The position numbers and the translations under genes are program-made. From the IMG/VR virus record IMGVR_UViG_3300012933_000199, positions 2,616 through 66,615 of that record: a DNA stretch of 64,000 nt. One strand, 5' to 3'. This document shows positions 1-8,031 of the stretch, piece after piece. The notes below the pieces were generated by a model. That model ran no database searches, was not told the DNA's origin, and saw only the letters and a list, made by a program, of their open reading frames with translations. How positions within the stretch are numbered: the first letter of the stretch is position 1; every line of letters starts with the position of its first letter. The stretch is from a virus (taxonomy: Duplodnaviria; Caudoviricetes).

Positions 1-79
1 AGACCATTTTAACAACATGCTTCGAGTGGTGCATTTCTGCAGCCTTAACTGGATCTCTGTCTAAATAAAATATATTCAT
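1..79 (-). CDS. Pyrimidine-dimer DNA glycosylase / T4 endonuclease V-like protein, N-terminal part (runs off the window)
   Basis: Manual translation MNIFYLDRDPVKAAEMHHSKHVVKMV matches the N-terminus typical of aquatic-phage endonuclease V-like proteins. Confidence 0.6.
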   Translation of the reverse strand, partial: MNIFYLDRDPVKAAEMHHSKHVVKMV

Positions 80-84
80 GGTTA

Positions 85-264
85 TTATTTTTTTACTCGT
101 TGCTTAATTGTTTTTATTGGAGTTGTTTCTTTACCTGTCATTTGATCTTTAATTGATTGAATAGTTATTTCTAATATTCCTAATAACTCTAAGGTATTAA
201 AACCATCATTAGTTCTAGTTAATAACATTTTTTCGTCATCCCATTTTAATGTGTATGTTTTCAT
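85..264 (-). CDS. Hypothetical protein, 59 aa
   Basis: Manual translation MKTYTLKWDDEKMLL...KQRVKK*; a promoter-motif copy lies directly upstream (278-318). Confidence 0.7.
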   Translation of the reverse strand: MKTYTLKWDDEKMLLTRTNDGFNTLELLGILEITIQSIKDQMTGKETTPIKTIKQRVKK

Positions 265-322
265 ATGTTTGTTTTTTTATATTAATATTATCAATTGTTA
301 TTCGTGTTTAGTTTGTAAATTG

Positions 323-482
323 TGATCGAGGCAGGATTCGAACCTGCATGCACCGTTAAGGCGATGCTTTTTTAAATTTTCCAGCGTTAACTTCAAGTTC
401 CCTTAACTTTGTAGCAACCACCTTCGTCTCTCATTTAGCGTCTACCGCGCCGGGGACATCCCCAGCCTTCCGCCACTCGATC
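323..482 (-). ncRNA. tRNA-like RNA (Leu/Ser-type scaffold) with a hairpin inserted in the D-loop and a 55-nt insert replacing the anticodon loop
   Basis: Perfect 7-bp acceptor GATCGAG/CTCGATC with discriminator A; D-stem GCG..GGTAGA-CGC; T-arm GCAGG-TTCGAAT-CCTGC; long variable arm GCATCG/CGGTGC; TAAAT/ATTTA closes the insert. Confidence 0.75.
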
Positions 483-582
483 TCCTGTAATTTTTGTGTT
501 ATTAAAGCCAACACACGGTGAATTACAAAACCTAATCACTGCGTTCTATTGAAATTGGAAGTTGTTGCGCCTATACCATTTG

Positions 583-656
583 TGGACCTAGTAGGATTCG
601 GACCTACGACCTTGACATTATGAGTGTCCCGCTCTAACCAACTGAGCTATAAGTCC
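583..656 (-). tRNA. tRNA with CAT anticodon (Met elongator or Ile2); CCA not encoded
   Basis: The reverse complement GGACTTATAGCTCAGTTGGTTAGAGCGGGACACTCATAATGTCAAGGTCGTAGGTCCGAATCCTACTAGGTCCA folds as a cloverleaf with loop CT-CAT-AA. Confidence 0.92.
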
Positions 657-663
657 TTAAGTA

Positions 664-1050
664 TTACTTGTCAGCAATAATACTATCTTCGCCAAATATT
701 TCTGTAAAGTTATCTAGCATATATTCATCAAACTCTTCGGTCCAGCTATCAAGATCTACATGCACATGATTAAGCACAAGTTGATTGTTATATTCAATTT
801 CAAAGTTAGCTGAATCGTAGTCAACAATATCAGAGCTTTCTAAATAGTAAGATAGTTTTTCGCGAACTTTAGATGTGAAGTTAGCAAAGTCACTCGCTAA
901 TATATTAATATCTGATGTTGGTTGATTAGCAGGTAGTTGACCAAGTTGAAAATGTATTGTATTAACTATTTTTAATACGTCTTCTTTAGAAAACAAGCTA
1001 GCTGGTGAATTTATAATATCTAATTCGGTAGATTCAAAAATTTTGTTCAT
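664..1050 (-). CDS. Acidic hypothetical protein, 128 aa
   Basis: ORF track; preceded by the promoter-motif copy at 1068-1113. Confidence 0.8.
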   Translation of the reverse strand: MNKIFESTELDIINSPASLFSKEDVLKIVNTIHFQLGQLPANQPTSDINILASDFANFTSKVREKLSYYLESSDIVDYDSANFEIEYNNQLVLNHVHVDLDSWTEEFDEYMLDNFTEIFGEDSIIADK

Positions 1051-1114
1051 AGTTTTATATTTTTTATTTGTTACATTAATATTATCGTTGTGTTGTCGTT
1101 TTTAGTTTGTAAGA

Positions 1115-1720
1115 CTAATGAATTATTAAACCTACTTTGTTATTATTGCTGAACCATTTAGTAGCCATAAGGTCAACTTCAGAAGCGTTTTCATAGTTAG
1201 CATCATTAAGATCATTTAAGCTAGAAAATATTTTTGTATGCCTGTGTTGTCTTTGATCTATCAAATGTTTTTGTTTACCTGAATCGCTAAAGATTATATC
1301 GTAATTATCTGGTAATGAAGTGGTTAACATCATTTCAACCATATTGGTGTAACTGTAAAACCGTACATTCGGATTGTGTATAGCAATCTCGATCCACTTG
1401 TCAAGATATGCTTTTGAATAGTAGTCGCCGCTGTCATGCACTCGTACGTAATCCGGTCTCTTTGCTTGAATCTCGGCATTCATAGCTGATATAAAGTCAT
1501 CAGTTTTACTTAGCTCATAACGCTTTTCAAATGCAGGCTTTACATTACCCCAGATATATGCACCTTTCTTAGCATAACAGAACTTAACGCATTCTTGAGC
1601 CATTGGGCAGGTTAGTTTACCGCTTGCAGATTTATATGCTGGTATACCAAAGTTAAATACTCGAAGACTTAAGGCTTTGCTTGTCTTTTTTAATTTACTG
1701 TTTTGTGTAAGTAGGTTCAT
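1115..1720 (-). CDS. Phage GP88-like protein with a Cys cluster (radical-SAM-like fold suspected)
   Basis: Motifs TCPMAQECVKFCYAKKG, RVHDSGDYYS and FYSYT are typical of the GP88 family as I recall it. Confidence 0.7.
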   Translation of the reverse strand: MNLLTQNSKLKKTSKALSLRVFNFGIPAYKSASGKLTCPMAQECVKFCYAKKGAYIWGNVKPAFEKRYELSKTDDFISAMNAEIQAKRPDYVRVHDSGDYYSKAYLDKWIEIAIHNPNVRFYSYTNMVEMMLTTSLPDNYDIIFSDSGKQKHLIDQRQHRHTKIFSSLNDLNDANYENASEVDLMATKWFSNNNKVGLIIH

Positions 1721-1763
1721 ATATATTGTTTTTAATTTATTATATTATCTAAAGTTGATCGTT

Positions 1764-2045
1764 TTAAGCTTGTATTTTTTCTATTACCTGACCATTAGCT
1801 TTAACTTTTAACAATGCATCGATGTTAATTGTACGGTAACCTTTGTCACTCATTGAGAAGACTACTATATTATTTCTATCTTCTGCATTATATTTAGCGC
1901 CACCGCCAGTAAGATAAGATTTAACACCCAGTCTTGCAGTCATCTTTCTTTCAGACCCGTCTTTCTTAATAAATGTTACGCTAAATAATCTACCATTGTT
2001 GCCAACAAAATTTCTAAATTGTTCTACTGTTTTAATTGTTCTCAT
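1764..2045 (-). CDS. WYL_2 / Sm-like SH3 beta-barrel protein
   Basis: FSVTFIKKDGSERKMTARLGV and KGYRTIN motifs. Confidence 0.7.
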   Translation of the reverse strand: MRTIKTVEQFRNFVGNNGRLFSVTFIKKDGSERKMTARLGVKSYLTGGGAKYNAEDRNNIVVFSMSDKGYRTINIDALLKVKANGQVIEKIQA

Positions 2046-2085
2046 ATATATTTTTTTTAATTTGTTACGTTTATATTATCTATTG

Positions 2086-2337
2086 TTAATCGTTTTTAGT
2101 TTGTAATTCGCTATTGATCATATCTGCTAACTCGTAAAAGTTTACTTGACCAATAAATGCAGCGGCATAATCACCCATGAGGGTTGGACCGTTGTAATTT
2201 TTAAATACTTCTATAGCTACCACGTCTTCAAGATCGCTTGCATGAACAAGTTCAGTGAATTCGTATTTACTTAAGACTTCTAAGTGTATACGCCATGTAG
2301 CGTAGTTTGTATAACCGTTATGTGATTCGTCGCTCAT
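2086..2337 (-). CDS. Conserved phage hypothetical protein (NGYTNYATW type)
   Basis: ORF track; the N-terminal HNGYTNYATW motif is common in small phage proteins. Confidence 0.7.
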   Translation of the reverse strand: MSDESHNGYTNYATWRIHLEVLSKYEFTELVHASDLEDVVAIEVFKNYNGPTLMGDYAAAFIGQVNFYELADMINSELQTKND

Positions 2338-3701
2338 AATTTATCCGCTTTTTCAATTAAACTTAATATATAATTCCAAACTTCTAATTCTACTTTTGTA
2401 CCGGCTAATACACTTTCGATCTCTTCAAGTGATACGCCACCGGTTTTTTTCCATTTAACGTCATTTGTTAAGGATTGAACATCCATTTGCAACATGGTTA
2501 CATTGGCAAACGCTTTTGCACTTGCGCGATCGTGTATAGCATCACTCATCTTACTTTGATTTAATAGTTAGCCTAAGTGAATTTTGAAACACACGGTCGT
2601 ATGCAACGGTCATCTTAGCGTTATTTGCGTAGTGTACACTTTGTACAACATTCTTCATCCATTCGGAAAATCTTTCGGTATCTTCAATTGCTTCTTTCAT
2701 AATTTTTTATTTTTCCATAAGTTAATAGTATACGCTACTAAGTAAACTGTGGTTACTAATAGTAATGCTTTCATATTGTTTTTGATTTCTTCCATTTACA
2801 TTAAGTAATTTCACATTACATAATTAGGTTGTTAAAGTTATTTTATAATATTTGTTTTCACCGCGTAACATACTACCGCTTAGTTCAAGCTCTATTTCAA
2901 GATCTTTAGCGATTTCAAAGTTGATATCCGCATAATACCCTTGTAAAGATATTTGATTTGTCGCTGGCCATAAGGTTATACAATACCATTTTGACATATC
3001 GTATGTGGTATTAAGTGCATTTAAAGTTTCTAATAATTTTTCCATGTTATATAAGTTTATTAATTAATAATTATTTTTGTATGCAAAGTGCATATCGATT
3101 GCGTAGTTGAATTGATCAACTTCATTTTCACTCATGTGGTACAACGCGTCATGTATAGCATTGTAGAATTTAAGTAAGTCAGCATCGTTTGCAGCGTAGT
3201 ACGGGTCAAAGTCTTCGCTAATACCTTGATGATAATTTAATTCGGTTACTTTACCGTTTGTATATTCAACCCATACATAACGGTCGTAATCATTACACTC
3301 ATAAACTTTGGTTTGTTTGATTAATCTATTCATAGTATATATTTTTATTTGTTACATTTATATTATCGTTATTCAATCGTTTTTAGTTTGTATCATCTTC
3401 ATCATCTTCAAACTCAGCGTGATCTAAACACTCTGCACACAACTCGTCCCATATATGGTGTCTTGATGCACCGCAACATTCGCTATATTCCATTATCTTT
3501 AGTATTTTCGTAGTGTTCTAATTGATGTTTCATTTCTTCTTGCAAATCTTCAATCGTTCGTTGAATGTGGTAAGATCTTCTTGTTTGTTCTTTATCACCG
3601 TCTCTTAAAGATTCCACTAGTATATCCGTGTGTTCTTCATACAAATGGTCTAAAGCCACTTGAATTACATTTATATCGGTTTTATTTATATTTAGGTACA
3701 T
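2334..3701 (-). other. Cluster of small early-type hypothetical ORFs
   Basis: ORFs 2334-2549, 2551-2700 (manual), 2824-3045, 3064-3333, 3383-3493 (manual, Cys-rich SECCGA...CAECLDH) and 3483-3701; tightly packed and co-oriented. Confidence 0.7.
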
Positions 3702-3702
3702 A

Positions 3703-3876
3703 TTAAAAATTTATCATTGGTTCAAAATCAACTCCGTCAAAATCACTATAGTCTAAGATTATTTCATCATCATAATACCTAGCTTTAGCTATTTTTATGG
3801 CCATCTCTTCATTTGAAGCGGTTACGGTTAATATTTTACTTGAGGTTTCGATTACTCTAATTTCGTAGTCTTTCAT
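3703..3876 (-). CDS. DpnD/PcfM-like small protein, 57 aa
   Basis: Manual translation MKDYEIRVIETSSKILTVTASNEEMAIKIAKARYYDDEIILDYSDFDGVDF resembles the DpnD/PcfM pattern (V.A.sEeeA...Y..eeIvLd..DF..V.F). Confidence 0.6.
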   Translation of the reverse strand: MKDYEIRVIETSSKILTVTASNEEMAIKIAKARYYDDEIILDYSDFDGVDFEPMINF

Positions 3877-3877
3877 A

Positions 3878-4531
3878 TTACTTTTGTTTTAAGGTTAATG
3901 ATTCAATCTTCTTAACGATCTCAGCGAATGTTTGTTCAACATATCCAACGGTCATTAATGGAACTCGTCCGTTATTTTCCGCATTGATAATATCTTGACG
4001 CATTTCGTCTAATACTTTACTTAATCCCACAATCACTACGTGACTTTCAAATCCATTTAATTTCTTCATAATTTTACTTTTTATAGAAGGCATCGATAGC
4101 CTTTTGGTTTATACGGTCTTTTTCAATTTTTAATTCGCTATCAACTATTTGTTGTGCGAGCCAACACTCGACAATAGCCCTGTCAATATGGTGATATGAT
4201 TCATTCTCATAAGTTGCTTTGTAATATACTCTTTCGGGGTAATACGGGTTAATATAAGAAGTTATTTTACACATAGTATATATTGTTATTAGTTACAAGA
4301 TTATTATCGAATATGGATCGTTTTTAGTATGTTAAAAGTATGCTCTTTGTTTATATAGAAATATAGGTTGAAAGGTATAACACCTCCCTTCTAAGTGTCT
4401 TACATAACTTTTACCGCATATTTGGCTAAGTATACCTTAAAAACTTGATCACGTTGGTCTTTATTTAAGTAAATATAGGTTTTACGGAAAAGATCTTTAC
4501 TAATTGACTCTAATTTCTCTTTAGTACTCAT
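3878..4531 (-). other. Three small hypothetical ORFs
   Basis: ORFs 3878-4093, 4074-4274 and 4400-4531 (manual, MSTKEKLESISKDLF...). Confidence 0.65.
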
Positions 4532-4643
4532 AGTTGTTATTTTTTGTTGGTTACATATATATTATCTAACTCTTGTCGTTTTTATTTTGCTATACACGGT
4601 ACCTAAAAAGTGAGTAAAACGAACATAAAATATGAGGATCGGG

Positions 4644-4696
4644 AAAAAGGTGACATTAGGGTATTAAGTAATATAGTAGGGGGCTATTGTCACACT
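4644..4696. repeat. Inverted-repeat element copy A (10-bp arm, 24-bp spacer, 10-bp arm)
   Basis: GTGACATTAG (4650-4659) and CTATTGTCAC (4684-4693); a 53-bp near-direct repeat of 4801-4853. Confidence 0.85.
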
Positions 4697-4800
4697 ATAG
4701 AATAGGCAAAAAAGGTAGTATTCCGCCAAAATCATGAAATTTGGATAGGGATAATAGGTATGCTATACACCGTGGATACGGTGCATCACTTTGGATACGT

Positions 4801-4853
4801 AAAAAGGTGACGTTAGCTAATTAAGTTATATAGTAGTAGGCTATTGTCACACT
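4801..4853. repeat. Inverted-repeat element copy B
   Basis: GTGACGTTAG (4807-4816) and CTATTGTCAC (4841-4850), 24-bp spacer. Confidence 0.85.
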
Positions 4854-4858
4854 TTTTG

Positions 4859-6819
4859 TTACTTAGGTCCGATGTATATAGTATCGTTTTGAGTCATTTC
4901 AATTCGTACTAGTTCACCGTCCGCTGGTATGCTTTCAGAATCATCATTCCAGATGATCACTGGACTGTTATCAGCTTCCAGTTCGCGCAGTTCATTCGTA
5001 CTGGTACGTAATACTATCACACCAATTACAGTTCCTATTGCAAGACCCATGCAAGATCCTGTTAATACATCTTCAATTCTCGTATTTCTCATAATTTATA
5101 GTTCAAATTGTCCAATTACTAATGCTTCCGCTTCTTCTCTAGTCATTACTTCTCCAAACTCACATATTGAGTCTTCGTCGTTATACGTGCCGTTTGGATC
5201 ATTCCACATTAGCACATCAATTAATTCTTCTCTAGTCATTTCTTTTACTTCTCTTTTAGATAAATGGTGATACATATTTGTTGTTTTTAGTTATATTATA
5301 TTTAATTCTTCTAGTACTTGACATGCATAGTCAAAAGTGTAGTCATAATCAACTTGTAGCATTTCGATTGATCTAGCATCTAATAGTATGCACTGTTCAG
5401 GTGTGAATGCAGGCTCAGTGAAACCAGACTTAGAGCTTAGAATGTCTTTGGCATCATCTTCAAAGTGATAAAGCATGTTGTTTTTAACTAAGTTGTCAAT
5501 GTAGCCTTTGATGTCTTGTTTTGTTTTAATTTGTTTGTTTAAGAAAGTCATATTAGTTATTTTTAGTTACATTAATATTATCGATCTTTGATCGTATTTG
5601 GTCTGTAGGGTGTATAGCAACGGTTTATTCAACCGCTACTAACTCCTCAACATTTGGCAACACATCTTCGTACGTTGCAAGATTTCGAACATCTTTAGGC
5701 ATATCCGTTGATTGTGACCAATACTCACGTTTGATCCAACATGGCATGATACTTAATTTTGGTAGCATAACATTCAACACATCGTCGTGATTATAAGTTA
5801 CTTTTTGATTTTTCTTGTTGACGAATGTGATTACTTGATTTCGACCTAGCCAAGACTTACGTACTACAAAGTTTGCTCGCTCAATTGGTGGATAGATTGC
5901 TTGTAATTCTTCTTTAGTTAATTTAGAAATTGCTTGTTGTAATAATTCTTTGTTTGTCATGATATTTAATTTTATTTGTTATTTATTATTTGTTACATTA
6001 TTATTATCAAATACTATTCGTATTTAGTTTGTAAGTCTATTTAGATATTTTATATCTTAGACAACTTCTATCAAATACTTTGTCAATATATTCTAGATCT
6101 TGTTGATTAATATAAAGTTTGTCTTTTGAAAATCTTATGGTAAATTTTAACTTATTAGAATTTAATATTTTTTGATATAATTCTTTTTTAAAGTTTTGAT
6201 TAAATTTTAAAGTAATTTCCATAGTCTTTATTTTTATTTGTTACATTATTATTATCGATCTCCTATCGTTTTTATTATGCTATACGCGTTGCTATACGCA
6301 ACATGCTATACGCGCTTCGCGCTGCCGCGCTCCGCGTTATGGTTAATTCATTTGCACGAACAACCCTTGATCGATCCAAGCCCAGTAGTCGTAGCCTTGA
6401 CGCGTGTGAGCCCAGTGACACAGCTCAGCAATATAAGCATTGTCACGAATGCAATAGTCAACGTATTCTCTGTCCTTCTGTATTCTAGCTTCTTCTATCA
6501 GATCCAGTCTTATGTGTCTTGGTAAGTCGTTTAGTCTAATCATGTTCTTGTAGTTGTTTATTCATTACTTTTAGTTTCATTTTACGTACGATGTATTCAA
6601 CATGGTCAATCAGACCCAGATCATACAACTGCTTGTTAAGCTTTAGCTCGTAGGCTAACCATCTAGTGTGTCTCATTATGATTCTTGTAATAAGGTGAAT
6701 GTTACTTTGTTTCTTACTGTCATCTGGTCTGTACGATCTAACGCTTTGAATTCAGGGTCAGATAGTAGGTCGAATGATCCGCGATCAATTAGTCTATTAA
6801 TTAGTTCTTGTAGTTTCAT
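4859..6819 (-). other. Cluster of small early-type hypothetical ORFs
   Basis: ORFs 4859-5092 (N-terminal TM segment), 5096-5275 (manual, WNDPNG motif), 5291-5551, 5625-5960, 6037-6222, 6343-6543, 6536-6676 (manual) and 6676-6819 (manual); several are headed by the promoter motif. Confidence 0.7.
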
Positions 6820-6893
6820 ATCTTATTTTTTATTTGTTACATTATTATTATCAAATACTTGTCGTATTAGGTATGCTATACGCGTTGCTATAC
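6276..6893. repeat. 22-bp exact direct repeat TATGCTATACGCGTTGCTATAC with adjacent GC-rich CGCTCCG tracts
   Basis: Identical copies at 6276-6297 and 6872-6893. GCTATAC heptamers also at 4589, 4762, 5612 (reverse) and 6305. Confidence 0.85.
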
Positions 6894-7371
6894 ACGCTAC
6901 GCTCCGCTCCGCGTCGCTCCGCTCGTTGTATGTGTATGTTACGTCTCACGTATCGCACGATAACCACACGTCATGTGTAATGTATCATGTACCACGATAC
7001 GACACAGCACGCAGCGCGCAACGCATCACACCATCCATCACCATCCACCAGATCCTGGATGTTCTACCCAAATCCTGGCATATGTGTACGTGAATCAATC
7101 GTGTCTACTGCTCCGTCTACCACAGCAGCTACCAGAAACCGCAAACCATCCTGTCGAAACCGAGAAACACTAGGGGGAGTGGGTAAAAGATTTAGCTTTC
7201 CGTTTTCAAAAAATTTCTGTAAAGTGTATATGCAGCCCCATGATTCTAAATATCTCACAAAAAATTTTTTACACATTTTTTTTCAGGAGAAAGTATGACA
7301 ATAGGGTGTTATATTATATAGTAATAGGCTAATGTCGCATTTTAATAAGTTTTAAACATGCGTAATCATAC
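6877..7371. other. Non-coding divergence region between the early (minus) and late (plus) arms; candidate packaging start, terminus or origin
   Basis: No credible ORF, higher GC, C/A-skewed plus strand, a GGGGG run near 7172 followed by A/T tracts; transcription diverges on both sides. Confidence 0.5.
7295..7338. repeat. Inverted-repeat element copy C, directly upstream of the late operon
   Basis: ATGACAATAG (7295-7304) and CTAATGTCGC (7329-7338), again a 24-bp spacer containing TATATAGTA. Confidence 0.75.
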
Positions 7372-7776
7372 GTGTATGACAATTACGGTAACGATATGAA
7401 TAAAAATGGTATAGGTCCTCAGGGATTGGGTAATAAAAATCACAACGGTTTTTGGATTGGTTCTCCTGCAAAGCAGAAGAGTAAGTACAGTGATGCTACT
7501 AAGAAGTTTGAAGGATTTAATCAGGCTAAAGATACTGTTACTATTAATAGGAGTAACAACCCTGCTGGATTAATGCAAGAGATCGATGCTGAGAATATGA
7601 GAAGCTTTAAAGGTAAAGCACCTAAGCAGACTAAATTCACTAAAGATGCTGAAGGTAATTATTCGTCATATAATTTAAGAGATAAACCATCACCTGCTAA
7701 GAAAGCGTGTTGGGAAGGATACGAACGTACGCCTGGTACTAAAAAAGGTGCAGAAGGTAGTTGTAGAAAAAAATAA
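7372..7776 (+). CDS. Small basic late protein with SPAK motifs and a C-terminal CWEGY...SC motif
   Basis: ORF track; the start may be the second Met (MNKNGIGPQGLG). Confidence 0.75.
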   Translation: MYDNYGNDMNKNGIGPQGLGNKNHNGFWIGSPAKQKSKYSDATKKFEGFNQAKDTVTINRSNNPAGLMQEIDAENMRSFKGKAPKQTKFTKDAEGNYSSYNLRDKPSPAKKACWEGYERTPGTKKGAEGSCRKK

Positions 7777-7782
7777 AAAATT

Positions 7783-8028
7783 ATGCCACAAAAATTGTCG
7801 CCTACGGCGAGAAGAGATAAAGCAGCAAGAGATTTAGCGTTTGCTAAAACACCAGCTAGAAGAGCAAAGAAAGCCGATGCGCAGAGAAGGAGAAGAGCTG
7901 CTGGTTCCGAAGCTAAGGGCAAAGATTGGGATCACAATGATCAAAGGTGGGAATCACCTAAACAGAATAGAGGTAATGATGGTCAAGGTACTAAAAGAGA
8001 ATCCGGCAACCACTATAAAACAAAATAA
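7783..8028 (+). CDS. Small basic protein, possibly a degenerate HNH
   Basis: GKDWDH...SPKQNRG resembles the H-N portion of minimal phage HNH proteins. Confidence 0.55.
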   Translation: MPQKLSPTARRDKAARDLAFAKTPARRAKKADAQRRRRAAGSEAKGKDWDHNDQRWESPKQNRGNDGQGTKRESGNHYKTK

Positions 8029-8031
8029 TTA

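Larger units (their letters stand above)
278..6876 (-). promoter_or_regulatory. Dispersed array of 11 conserved promoter-like motifs upstream of minus-strand early-type genes
   Basis: The plus-strand core ATTATC-N9-TCGT is invariant, usually within GTTACA-N5/6-TATTATC-N9-TCGTTTTTAGTTTGTA. Copies at about 278-318, 1068-1113, 1741-1774, 2062-2106, 3349-3392, 4291-4332, 4549-4590, 5565-5607, 5990-6035, 6238-6280 and 6834-6876. Each lies just 5' of an ATG on the minus strand. Confidence 0.85.

Noticed and set aside
323-482. tmRNA or group I intron-containing tRNA
   Set aside because: There is no Ala G3-U70 identity, no ALAA-type tag and no pseudoknot series. The 55-nt insert is far too short for a group I intron and shows no P/Q/R/S core.
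278-6876. Early repeated motif as integron attC sites or Xer/dif sites
   Set aside because: TTACA/TGTAA ends are loosely inverted, but there is no internal palindrome, no RYYYAAC...GTTRRRY pairing, no 11-6-11 dif layout and no integrase. The motif sits 5' of start codons like a promoter.
278-6876. Early motif or the 53-bp repeats as a CRISPR array
   Set aside because: Copies are degenerate and separated by whole genes at irregular distances; no cas genes are present.
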